A DNA stretch of 64,000 nucleotides, from positions 10,624,101-10,688,100 of the forward strand of contig NC_092677.1 in assembly GCF_964355755.1 (NCBI RefSeq). Direction: 5' to 3'. Both the position numbers and the translations under genes were made by a program. The notes under the pieces are model-generated. The model searched no databases. It was not told the origin of the DNA and saw nothing but the letters and a program-made list of their open reading frames with translations. Position 1 is the first letter of the stretch. Each line of letters starts with the position of its first letter. The DNA comes from Antedon mediterranea. Taxonomy: Eukaryota; Animalia; Echinodermata. Of this stretch, positions 1-13,500 are shown one piece after another.

Positions 1-2905
1 TTTGGTATGATGGAATTATCAAAATAAACTCGAAGATGACAATTTCGAAAGATAATGAATTGAGCAAATAAATATAAGGATTGGAAGATAATTTGACACG
101 TAGAAGCGCAATGCGCGCTCTTTGAAATTTGTATAACTTTGACTAAAGAAATTTAAAAACAACATTTTAACTTCAACTGGCCATATGATAACATCACAAC
201 ATCCGATAGGCTTAATTTTTATATGAATTCATATCTACATTTAATCAGCTTTCATAATAAATTATAATCTTCAAGGTCACCTTTAATTCTGAAGAGCTAT
301 AACATATTCAAATGTATGGTGTAGCTGAAATTACACGACCTTGGTTATTAAAGTTTTTACACATGATGACGTCATCAAAATAAAAATGTTGACAACTCAT
401 GAGAAAGATAATTAATTGAGCAAGCACATACTAAAATTTCGGCGAAAATCGGGCTCAAATAACGGAGATGCGCTCTATTGAATGTGATAACCCACACAAA
501 AAGATAAAAATTACTAATTTTTAAATTGAAGTGGCCATTTGATGACGTCCTACCATTTTGTACGTCTAATGTGTACATGAATATGTATCTACAACCCAAT
601 GGCTTCCCGAATAAGTTAAAAAAATTGGGGGTCACCTGCCATTCTGAAGAGTTATATTCATTTTAAGAAGGCCTTATTTTTCACCATTTTCAGCACTTTG
701 ATGCAATTAATTTGCGCATTTTGTTATTTTTAACCTGCTCGTATAGCGTTATTTTAAGTCGGAACTGACTCAAATTTGGTGAATGTACTAAGGATGGTGA
801 GTAGAACGCGATTTGTATAAAAAAATTGCAATTTTTACGCTTTGTAAGTATCGCGCGCGCAAAATATTTTTTTTGCGCAGTAATTTTTTGAAACACGCAA
901 ATGGCCTAATTCATGCTCAAAATTGATCAAAACTTAATTTTGATCTTTTTAAATTTTTAATGCGCGATTCCACGTGCATGACCCTACGTGTGCGCGCGTT
1001 TTTACTTGCTAATATTTTTACCCTTGACCTGAAGTTTACGTGTAGTGAATTTCATAAATATGTGATAATGAATTATGGATATATGATTGATAATGTGATT
1101 TCACAAAATGGCGTATACGTGACGTCACGGATGAGTGATCACGTTGAAAAGCTTATTATGGCTAAGTTAAAGTATTTGAAAGACATAGTGAAATTTTTGT
1201 GATCATTGTTATTCAACTTTTTGAGATAATTGATGAACAAAAAGTGTACAGAAAGAATAATAACAACTAGACATGAAACTCGTCACTTTGACGAGTTAGT
1301 TATCCGCTCGACAAACGCCACGTGCACGTCATACGTTAGAATATTGCACACAGAAAAATATTAAGGCATTATGACCTGAACTGAAGAATATGATATGTTG
1401 TTATTTCTGAATTCTGTTATTTTGTGTCATATAGTATACACAGTACAATCTGTATACATATCACAAACAGTGTAAAATAGGTGAAATTACGGGACCCGTA
1501 TTTTATTGTAATTTTTAACATCTTGACGGTTTCAAAATGAAATGTAAAAGAAGAAATTTCTGAATGAAATTATCTCAGCAACAACGTATTAATGTGTAGT
1601 AGAAATTTGAATACGTGAAATATTGATGCGCGCTCTTTTAAATGTAATGAAATATAATGCAAAAGATGAAAATACGACTTTTTTTATTTAACTGGCCATA
1701 TGATGACGTCACAACATTCAATTGGCACAATTTACACATGATTTTGTATCTACAATACAATAGCTTCCTGAAAACGTTTTAATTGTGATTATCACATTTT
1801 ATTCTTACGAGGCATAACAGATTAAAATTTACTGTAAAGATGAAATTAATGACCAACGTAATTTAAATTTTTAGGCATAATGACGTTAAAAAAATTAAAA
1901 AAAATTTTAATTCATGCAAAAGATAGTTGATAGATCTAGAATATATTAAAATCGGAATGAAAATGGACAACGAATAAGTGGAGATGCGCTCTATTAAATG
2001 TGATGAGCTATGACGAAAGAGACAAAAATCCTATATTTTATATTCGCGTGGCCATACGATGACGTCACAATGTCCGGTTAGCCATATTAATGCATGATCC
2101 GATATCTACAACTCATCAACTTCCAGAATATGTAATTAAAAAAAAGTTCTCCATGTAGTTTAGAATCTATGACTGTTTAAAAATAGGCATAATTTTGACG
2201 AATTTTTGAACTTTTTCACCAAATACGCGTGCAAATTATCTAATTCGACGTGCTCGTATGGCGTAATTTTAAGTCGAAATTGTTTAAAATTTGGTAACAT
2301 TACTAGAAAAGGCTGAAAAAACATAAATCAAGCGAAAAAAATATGTTTTTAACGCTACGTGTGCACCGCGTGCGTAAAAATGTTCGCGCGCGTGGGAATT
2401 TTTGACATGCTCAAAATGACATGAAACGCATAGAAAGTTGATTAGAAGTTTATATTTCGCACGTTAAAATTTTAAACGCGCGTGCGCGCGTAACTTTTTG
2501 TGAAACATGCTATTTTTAATCCATAGAAAGTTTGCGCTTGATATGACTTAAATTTTCACAAAGTTTCAAAACAAAATTATGTTTGGTTTTTAGTCTATGA
2601 TCAATCATTGAAATTCATAAAATCGCACGTAAGTCACGTTGCGCAACTCTGACGTCATTCAAAAATAGGAGGTGCACAAGTTCACGTAAATGTCGATATG
2701 TTGACAAAGTTACGATATGTTCTGTCTACACGTTTTAGAGAAACGCGACGCACAAAAATGACAGAAAGAAAGAAGTATAATACAGAAAAAAAATTTGATG
2801 AAACAGGACGATTACAAGGAGTTATCCGCTACTAAGCGGATAACTAATAATAAAGATTTTGTACAATAACAATAGGTGATCATTTTATTCTAAATGATCA
2901 CCTAA
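1..2905 (-). mobile_element. Outer Helentron/HINE-like non-autonomous element, truncated by the window start and interrupted by a nested related element
   Basis: Terminal palindrome taggtgatcattt-tattct-aaatgatcaccta at 2873-2904. Body 40-1250 is homologous to ~1560-2770 (aactggccatatgat at ~175 and ~1690; ggagatgcgctctatt at ~464 and ~1980). No long ORF. Confidence 0.6.
1265..2847 (-). mobile_element. Inner Helentron/HINE (DINE-1-like) non-autonomous element
   Basis: Minus-strand 5' end is TT+AGTTATCCGCT-TAGT-AGCGGATAACT (2820-2847). The 3' end has the matching subterminal repeat (1298-1308), hairpin aactcgtc-acttt-gacgagtt (1277-1297) and ends CTAGTT. Inserted in an (AAT)n tract, no clear TSD. 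Confidence 0.72.
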
Positions 2906-4378
2906 TTAATAAAGTTTTCAGAGTAGCAGCATTGGCCTTTATCAGCTGTGCATGTTATAAATATTTTCTATCCGCATGACATGATTGATGGCAGCACACC
3001 AAGACTATCGGCATGGTTGAACGTGCATAAAATTCATCATTTCTTATCGACAAGGTCAAGCACCCGAGTAAATCCATGGTTTCATAGGAAATTCGACCGT
3101 GCATCTTAATTCTATTTTTCTTATCTGTGCATTTCTTTCTAGATGCATGGTTGACTGTGCTGATAGAAAACATTACATTAGAGAGAGGCTCTGTCAGTCA
3201 TGCCGATAAAAAATAACAACTTATTATTATAGTCATTTTCTTATACTATAGCCTTATGTGGCCCTAACTACAGTAATAAAATATTACTATTTTTTATTTA
3301 TTTATTACACCTTATTTACAGAGGGTGACCCTAAACAGCGTATGCTGACAATTAATCAATAATAAAATAATACTAATAATCAATCAATAATAAAATAATA
3401 CTAATAAATTGATTAATTATTTTGTATAGTACATTTGGGAACTTTTCAACATTTTTGTGAAGATAACTGTGTACTGTTAACACTTGCAGAACATGCTGTT
3501 AATCCCAGGTCTTTAATTAATCAAATCATTCATGCAAACAATAATAAACAAAATCCCTTCCCATGTAATGTGTGCTCTGAACATGTGTGTTTGGCCTTTC
3601 ATGCATCAGTGCACCTCATTAGCATACTTATATCACGATGTTAAATTCTATGTGAACGCTCTTCACTGAGCTCATATCCATTAAATCCTAATTGGTTAAT
3701 TGCCAGTAACATGAATTCACACCTTTTTACTGTATTTTAGCATATTTTAGCATAATATTATGCAATCAAAAGCAGGAATATTACTGCAAAGTAATTATAA
3801 TATTTTTTAAACCTGTTGAATATACGCTATTCTTTATAAAATAATCTATGCCAACCTATGAAATACATGCAATATTCAAGCTGTTTAAACCATTTTGTTG
3901 TTAACAAGACCTATTTTATGAAAAGGCGGAATTGTATGTACAGTAAGATAAATAATAATAAATATGGCTATAAATCCAACATAAAATATTAATATTAAAA
4001 TTATTCATTGTATGTTACCATATGCTGACTCATAAATAATTATTATTTGTATTTTAGTATTCAAAACGCTCTAATCACCTTACCTACCAGTAACTTCCTC
4101 GGTCGTCTGTTTTAAAATAAACAGTCCACAGTCAGGAGATTTTATCTTATTATGTAACATTTAATAATAACCATTGTACATGTAACAATTATGTTTTCTA
4201 CACTATCAGGTACAGTAGTAATACATTATGTTTGTTTATTTAATTAATTTTTTTGTTTTTATCTACTGCTACAGGTACCTACCAGGTTGGGTTAAAATTA
4301 ATCTTAGCCAATAATACAACAGTATTTTATATTTGTAAACTTATTTAGTGTAAGCATGGAGGAACCCCTATGGTGTAA

Positions 4379-4509
4379 AGCTCTGTCTACACTAGTTTGA
4401 CAATAAAGTGTGCCCGAATATGGTAGTGATATGCCCAAATATAGTAGTGATATGACATTATGTCCATATATGGGCACATCACATAAAGTTTTATAGTGTA
4501 TACAGAGCT
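4379..4509. mobile_element. Harbinger-type MITE family A (TIR AGCTCTGTCTACACTA), representative copy
   Basis: TIRs agctctgtctacacta/tagtgtagacagagct with TAA/TTA flanks and an internal gcccaaatatggtagtgat core. Other full or partial copies near 4840-4975, 5540-5645, 6388-6550, 7139-7225, 11638, 19410-19497, 20480-20613, 21232-21352, 22760-22887, 23564-23680, 27116-27238, 35728-35837, 36168-36291, 36927-37054, 53123-53284, 53971-54104, 61290-61540. Confidence 0.85.
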
Positions 4510-4559
4510 TAATCGGTGTAAATATACAGTACTGCATATCATATTTTTGTTTCAAAGCC

Positions 4560-7500
4560 ATGGTGACGGCGTTGGTGGATGCGGCATATGACAAGAAGCC
4601 GGAAGTACGCAACATAATTAGTTCATCATTAGTGGACATTGGGAAACAAAAACCTGGAATGGTGTTGAGTTCTTGTCATGTCTACCTTAAAAAACACAGC
4701 AAGGTAAGATCATCGCAAATCAAGAGCATCCTACTTATAAAAATTGTCAGTCCTATATTTGTTAACAGTTCTGTCATTAAATTTCGACTCATCTCTACCT
4801 GCCTAATATTCTCCAAAAGATGGTTGTGGCATAAACCTCTGTAGTTCGACAAAAAAAGTGTGATGTGCCTAAATATGGTGATGATGTGCCCAAATATGGA
4901 AGTGATATGACATCATCATATCCATATATGGGCACATCACATTTGTTGTCACTTGAATTTTGATAGTGTAGACAAAGACCCAAAATGGCCCTCCAATGTC
5001 CTTGGGCGTTTTTAGCCTTTTTTGACTTATTTTAATGCCTTTTTATTCCTCCTGGTCCTCATAAGCTTCGGGGCCCTGGGATTTGCCAATAGCGCTTGTA
5101 GCCATTACGCCATTGATGGCCTAACCTAACTTTACTAGTGTTTATTCGCTATGCAAAACTTTAAACAACAATGTTTATATTATCTTTTATATAGCTTCAA
5201 AAAGATCATCGAGTTGTCATATTGCAGACAATGGAGAAGGTTATACATGAAACTCTGAGCGCAATCAAATCAGGTTTAGCTGCAGAACTAGTACAGTTAG
5301 CAGCTGAAGAAATGACTGCCACAAAGGTGAGATGATATTAGTTATTTATGATTTTTGTAGAACTTGTCGGATTTCCTCAACCAAAAACTTAGAAATATCA
5401 TCATCATTGATTACTAAAGTCTCATATATTATTATGCAATGGTGGATACAAGATTTTGAAATAATGGGGCTTAAAAATGGCAAATTTTAGGTGCCGAACT
5501 GAAATTAGTGTCCTATCTTTTTTGTCCTAAATTTATGTATGTGGGGATACATGCCCATATATGGACACGATGACATATTACTACCATATTTGGGGACATC
5601 ACACTTGATCTAAATAATATTAATTTGATAGTGTAGACTGAGCTTTATTTTAGTATTATTAATTAATTATCTCCATCTTTTACTCACAGAGAGCAGCGTC
5701 TTTCTATACGATGATAGGAGTATCAACCAATACTGTAAATTGCAGTTATACTTTATAAAAAAAACATGTGCTTAAAAGTCTTTAAAAATATAGCCTTTCA
5801 GGTTTTGCCAAAATCATCATACTTTATGATCTATTTTGTAAATACTACTAATACTATCTGGAACAGCCAAACACTGTCTCCTTTTATTTTGTATTTTTAG
5901 ACATAGTATTAAATTTACTTCTAAACTGCATTGCTTAAAGTTTTTTTTTTTTTTAGGTGAATAACTATGATACATTACTGTTCTGGTAATTTGCTTTGCT
6001 ATCATTAGGGTGTTGGACATTTTCTGTGCATTTGGCAGTTTCTGTGCGTTTAATCAGTGTGTATTTCTCTTTAAAAATAACATGATAGATAACATAACAT
6101 TTTGTCTTTTGCTTTGCATTGCAGTCAGACAATATTTATGCAGACTTATTGTGCATAATAAATCTTTTTTAAATTTTTCATGAAGGAAGTGGACCCCCAA
6201 TGGCAGACAGCAGCAAGTGGCGTGTTGGTGGCGCTTGGCAAAAAATATTGTAATGAAGTGATGGAAGAGATATTGAAGCGTTTCCAACCAGGAACTCTGC
6301 CACACTTCTTCACAGTTCAAACAATGGCAAACCTGTCCACTGGAAACCGTATGTATAAATATCATATTTTTGGCATTTTCCGTTGAAAGCTCTGACTACA
6401 CTATCAAACTAGTTTGACAAAAAAGTGTGATGTGCCCAAATATGGTAGTAATAATATGTTCAAATATGTTAGTGATATGACATCATTGTGTCCTTATATG
6501 GGCACATCACATTTCTTTGTTACATAAAGTTAAATAGTGTAGACAGAGGTTCAGGCCAAGGCAATCAAACAACAGGATATTGAGCTCGCCTTGCCAAGAT
6601 AGGAACTAGAAACAATCCTTTGATCATATGTCTGACGGCGACAAATACCAACAACAGTGGTCTGTTAAGGGGTGTGGAACTGATTGTTTCGCAGCCACAG
6701 ATAAACCCTTTTAATATAGTAGAACCCCTCCTTCGAAACCCTTTATTCTGAGTACACTCCTCAGGATTTGTTTTGCTAACAAGAGAGAATGACACAGCCA
6801 ACCACTATTACGGGACTATTGTCTTTATTGGTTCTTGTATATTATTTAGCAATGTTTATGTTTACTTTTGTTTTCTTTCAGCATTTAGCTTTGTGCCATT
6901 TTTAACAGCTGTGCTGGGTACAATGTTGCCTATGCTGGGACTTGCTAAACATGATAACATGAAATGGGTTTTTAGTTATGGTAAGAAAATTACATGAATT
7001 ATCGATAACAGTTTTTTTTCTTTTTTTTTGACCATTTGTCAGACAAAAATTAAAGATCTATTTCATGTCAAACTTTGTGTACACGGCAGAAGACAAATTT
7101 TGAATGCGCATGCCTATGTATTATAGCAGAACAACTTAGCCCTGTTTACACTATAAACATGATGATGTCATACCACTACCATATTTGTACATATCACTAT
7201 CATATTTAGACACATCACACTCTTTTTTCTTTATAGCTTTAGCCAGATTCTGTGAGAGTATTCTACATTATGTTGCAAACATAGAAGATGCCCCGGATCA
7301 GTCAGTCCGTAAAGAACTCTATTCCTCACAGATTTTCTCAGCTTATGAAATTGTCTACAATATGTGGCTACAGTCCAAAGAGGCAAAGGTATTGTAAAAA
7401 ATGTATTAATCAGTGGCATAACGGCTCATGAGCGCTCACTGGCTAAACCCAGGGCACGGGGCTTATGGCGGCCCCTGACCAGTGCCCAGAGAAAAAAGCA

Positions 7501-10500
7501 GTCGAAAAAGTACAAAAATGCCCGGCCTCCAGCGTTGAAGGACCATTTAGAGTTCATAAACAAGGGGCCTCAGTTAATATACAGTTAATTAAGAGGATTT
7601 TCTATAGTAACTTGAATAATCTGGGACTGTTTACCAGTCTGTTAGTGGTGATGACTCGCTGTTGGTGTGGAGAATTGAAATATTTTTACAGACAAGCAAT
7701 TAAAAGGATTCTCACATACCTGTTCTTAAATGCTCCCTACTTATAGAATGTTGCATTTTCTAGTTACGTTTAATGGTGGTAGAGGCTCTTGGCTACATGT
7801 CCAACATCCTAGCAGAAGATCGTCTTGAAGAGCAGCTCCCTCGTTTGTTACCAGGAATCCTAAATTTGTACAAGAAGCACCCAGAACCATTCCATATTAC
7901 ACAGGTAAGAACACCCCTCAGAAATAATGGAATAATCTGTTTTTAATGACATTGGCATAGTAAATTGAAAACTGTTTTTTGATTTCTTACAGGGTTTCTG
8001 TATGGTGCTTGATGCTGCTGTGCAAGAGGGCAGCTTGATACTTGAACCTCAACTAGATATGATTGTGAACACACTACATCCTCAGGTATTGAATCAAAAT
8101 TGCATTTAAATTTGCGATACTCTAGTCTATAAATTAGTGGTATTGTTACCAAATTTTGATTGTAGAGTTGCGGCACAACCTGTACAACTATGCAGTAGCA
8201 CCATGAAGGAAAGAACGTTGGTGCATATGTAGGATCTCATATAAAATCTACACGATAAAAACTTTCTACTTTCTATTACACTTATAACATACTGGGCTAG
8301 TGTTTTAACCACAGTTGTCATACAATTACTAGCAAATACCCGCTCCAGGGTGTTTTAAATGTAGTACAATTATGATCATTTTATGCTCTGTAAGTCTATA
8401 ACTTGTGTACAAATTGCTTCTTCTTCGGGAGTTTTTTTTTAGAAATACAGTAAAGTTTCAAAAATATCATTGTCAAATATACCCGCCCCATAATGGATTT
8501 TAAATGTAGTTTATAACTAAATCGGACAGACATGCAGAGATTTAAAACAAAAACGGACAGACATGTTTGGTAGATTATAGTAAGATGCTATTATCAACTG
8601 TCTCTACTATCTACTATTGTAGGTGTGTATTTTACCTGATTATAGTAGTCCTCCATCTGTCAAGAATCATAATGAACTTCTACGGTGTTTCTCTGTGATA
8701 GCCAAGTCCTTCTCAGACCGCATCATATCATATTTACTTCAAAAACTAGAAATGAACAACGAAAAGATTAAATTAGGAACTCTTGCTGTCTTCAAACAAC
8801 TGATCAATTCTGGTGGCAAGTATTTTATTGTGTAGTAGTTTTTTCTAGTATAAAGATAAGGATGGCACGGGACGAAACTGGCCACCCTACCACATAATGC
8901 CAAGGCTTAGTACAATGAGATTTTAACACCTCATTCATACAAAACTTGCCTAGTTACCTTTTACTACAGTGGAGCTGTAGCTTGGTGGTTAACATGCTTG
9001 CATTCCAATCCCAAGGTCCTGGGTTCAATCCTGACCTAGTGCCAGTGTTACTCACAACTGTTTCCACTCCACTCACTAAACCTCAAATGACACTTAGTTT
9101 ATAAGCATGATAAATTATAAAATAGATTATAGTAATGGGCGTGATGCTTGGTGTTGGATGCTTATGATAAAACACATTTTTTGTAGGGTTTCATTTATTT
9201 TCTGGTATAAAAATAACAGTTTGATACATTTATATTTTTTTAGGTGTACACATGGAAGATAAAAAACCACTGATAGTATCTGGTTTAAAGATAATGTTAT
9301 CAGACACAAACAATAAGGTACGCTATCTGAAAAATCAAGTTCTGGGGCCAAACTAACTTTTTAGATAATCTCTTAAATTCTAAAAATAACATATATAATA
9401 ATAAACACATTTAACATTACTAATGCAATATGTTTACCCTTCTTATTTGGTTTGGAATAACTTTTTATCTAAATTAAATAATTTTAACATTTTTTTAAAG
9501 GTCAAAAGGTTATTTGCACAGGTGATAATCGCTATGGCGCCCCATGGTTACTTGGAGTTGGAAGGTGGTCATTTGATGGTTGAGTTTATTGTTAAACTTT
9601 GCACATATCAGGAGCAAGTGCCTGTGAGATTACATTTTTACATATTTTATTAATTATTATAACAATTATTTAAAAAGTCTTTTTCCTATCTAATACCCTA
9701 ATGTTTGTATCATTTTTTGGAAGGTTTTTTATTTAAACAAATTTAAATCATTGTGTTTTGAAGGTTTTAAATTCACATTTTAACTATTTGATGAAAAACA
9801 TCTCCCCAAAATTCAAAAGATAGTAAATGTGATTTAATAAGTAAAGCACTATATTCCACAATATTTAGCACTGATTTCAAAATCCTAGATTCATTCTGCA
9901 TGTATTATAACAAAATCATTTTCAGGTGAAGAAACCTGATCCAGATTACGTTTCAAACGCTTCGTTGCGACAGATGTGTGAGAACGTACTTCACCTGATA
10001 TCAACCACCATCGAATGCATGGAAGTGGTAAGTAATAGATATCAAGATATACCCAGTGACGTAATGGTTATGTGCGCTCACTGGGTAAACCCAGGGTCCC
10101 CGGAGCTTATAGGGGCCCTGAGTAGTGCTCAAAGGACAGGCATTAAGATATGTTGAATAGGCTAAACAATGCCAGAGGCCTCCAGTGTTGGAGGGCCACT
10201 TAGGGTTCCTAAACCTCAGGCCTCTACATTTCGCCACTGGAGATAATATAAACGTATTATAAAAACTAGATAATTAAATCCAATGTAACAGCTCAAAAAC
10301 TTAGTCACGATTGTGTGGGATCAACCAATAAGGCTGTAGCAATTGGCTATCAGTTTGAAATCAAGAGATATTGTAAACTACCTATAAGCCTCATTCACAC
10401 AGTGAGATGTCAGCTTTTAATTCCTCATACTATTTCACCTTTAAGCTCTATTCACACTGGGCAATGTCAGCCTTCAATTCCTCATACTATTTCCCATTAA

Positions 10501-13500
10501 CAGAACTGCCTTCTGTTCCATGAATATAGAATTTAGAAAGATATCTATATAAGAGAACAGAGTTTCAGAATGATTACCCTTCTCATTAAAAGAGTGCTAT
10601 TTAAGACAATCCAATATATACACTATATTGACAACATAATCCTGACCAAAATAGCATTTGATTATAACATTATACTTATTTTTATACCAGTTATTTCAAA
10701 ACTGCGTCATACTGTATAGATTGAAACATTTTTTCACAGGTTCTTTGGCCGTATCTCCTTGAGTTCTTAATACCTGTTCAGTACACAACTGCACTTGGTC
10801 CAATCTGTCGCAACCTTGCTTCCTTGACGGCTAAGAAACGTGAAGAGCAGTCGGAAGACTACATGATAGATTTTGATATTGCCACAAATATTCCAAAGGC
10901 ACCAGAAATAGTTGCACGACTTGTGGCAAGTACCGAATTGAGTATTCTTTTGTGTGTCAAATATGTTTGTTCCATTTCTGGCCTATGACTCCATCTGATT
11001 CAGATTGAAATATACCTAGATATTTTTATATTGGTCTGTATATAAATAAGCCAACATTTAAAAAAATACAATATCATATCACTATATTAATTTAAACAAA
11101 TGTTATGTTTTCTTTGCTTTACTGATATAGGTACTAGCTGGCAGGCCAGAAGTGTCAAATCGTGGAATTTATGTTCTAAAGTTATTGCAGGCGCTTTCAC
11201 CGAACATAGAATCCTCCCTTATTGACTTGTGGGATACGATTATTCCTAAACTTATACAATTTCTTGAAGGTACATCAACATTTCAATTTAGTTAAAAGTA
11301 TGGATGTAATTGTGGTGGTTGGTGGGGGACAGCTGTATTTTAATTTCTTCCATCTAGCCTAAAGCATATTTTAAAGCCTGAAATCTTTGTAAGCACTCTT
11401 ACATTTTTGACAAGCACCTTTCTAGCTACATCCCTGTAAAAACTACATAGCTTTTATTAACTTCTGAATATCTTTGCGTAAAAATGGAAATATTATCATC
11501 TAATGAAAGATAGATAAATATGCTTTTTACTGATTAAATTATATTATAATTTAGATAACTTAAACAATGATGAAAAGTGGTCTCAGAAAGCTTGGGAAGA
11601 TCTTCTATTAAAGGTAGCTAGTTTTTTGTTCTTTAAAGCACTGTCTACACTATCAAACTAGTTTCACTAATTCCTGTGGTTAGCGGAAAACTACTGATGC
11701 ACACACTTCATATATATGTACGTATGTGTGTGTATAGTTCTGGATCCAATTTATATTTGTAAAGGTGAACATTTATTAATGTGGGATTGATGTCATGATT
11801 TATCTTTTTAAAATAGCTTTTGTCAAAAACTCTTGATGAAGTAGAAGATGAGGAGTGGGTATGTAACTTAGGAGTAGAATTTGGCAAGCAGGTTTCTCTT
11901 TACCAAGACAGTCCAAATGAAAAGGTAATAGTAGCTTTCATTCAGTTTGTTATTTTTCATCTTTCCTTTAATATTTTATAGTAGTGGAGCTGTAGCTTTG
12001 TGGTTAATACGGTTGTCTTCCAATCCCATGGACACATCCAGGGTTCAATCCTGACCTAGTGCCAGGGTTGTAACTCACGACTCTTTTAACTCCACTCCCT
12101 AAGCCTCAAATGAGTTAGTTTATAAGTAGTTAGTTAAATTTCTTTTGAATAAACACCTGTTTCTCTCTCTCTCTGATTTTTTTTTCTTTTTATCCTTGTT
12201 ACATTGTTGGCATACTGTATTTTTGTATATATATATATATTTATTTTTTATATCTTTGTTAATTTTGTGTTTTTATAGTTTATTTTGTATTTACTGTTTG
12301 TATTGTTTGAGGGTCCCTAATGATCAGCTGATGCTGGATGGACCACCCTCATAAAATATTGTTGAAATAAAAAAAATAAAATAAATTATTCATCTTGCTG
12401 TTGGATGCATATTAAATAAAAAATAAAAATGATTCATCTTCGCTATTGATGATCATATTCAATAATTCATTCTAATTTTAGGATAAATTTTAATGAAATT
12501 TTCATTAAGTTTTAAATGTGTTTCCATCTTTGTATATAAATAAAAAATATCAGTATAGATTCTTTCATTTTCAGAACTTCCTTTACAAATGTCTTGGCGT
12601 TATAATGCGGAAAGTAACAAAGAAAGATTTTGTGAAGCAGCATCTGAATATATTGTTCTCAACTGTAAAACACACAAATCAAGTTGAACGAGAGGTAAAC
12701 AAACAACATATTTAATTCTGCATTTCTAATACTGTATGTTAATTCTCTTTTTAATCAAAAAGTTTTTGTTCTTGAGGCATTATTTTTCCCAGAAAATATT
12801 GACAATTATGAATTATAATTATTCATTCATTCATTCAAGTTCACATTTATTTAAGCTGTATGGACCTTACACAAGAAAAAAAGGGCATTTTCTCTATTAG
12901 TAAAAGTCTCTTTACAATAATGAAGACGACAACATTTTAAAGAAAACAAATATTAAGACCTTAGTGAGCTGAATAGTTGGTATTCAGCTTTTTATTTAAT
13001 AGACCAGGGTTTGTTTGATATTATTTAGTGTAAGGTTAGCTATCATGCAATTCTGTAGCATAGATTCTTGATTTCTACCTCAACATGTTGCGGAAATATA
13101 ATGTAACATGGATGAACATCAAGATAGATACCACTGGTACATCAAGATAGATACCACTGGTTTATCTTAACCATTTTACGTCAATTTTAATATTTTTTTT
13201 TACAATTGTTTCTTGTAGGGGTGTGCCATAGGCCTTGGATTCTGTGCTTCCTCTCATTTGGATGAGGCCTTGAGCAAACTGGAGACCGTTGCAAAACAAG
13301 ACATGTCTAGAAAATCAAGTGGATTTCTAGGGCTAATGAAGGTAAACTATGAAACTGTTCAATACAATAATGCATTCTTTAAAAAATAACTACAGAAAAA
13401 CGGTCACCATATGAATTAAATTGGCTTGGAAGGCCACAGTCAGTAGACATAGCCACACAAGATGAACGTATACACTAAAACACCTCATTAAGCTATTTCC

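Noticed and set aside
375-3644. Short ORFs from the ORF track in the first 3.6 kb
   Set aside because: Most lie in Helentron-like repeat DNA; none shows a recognisable domain or splice-consistent structure.
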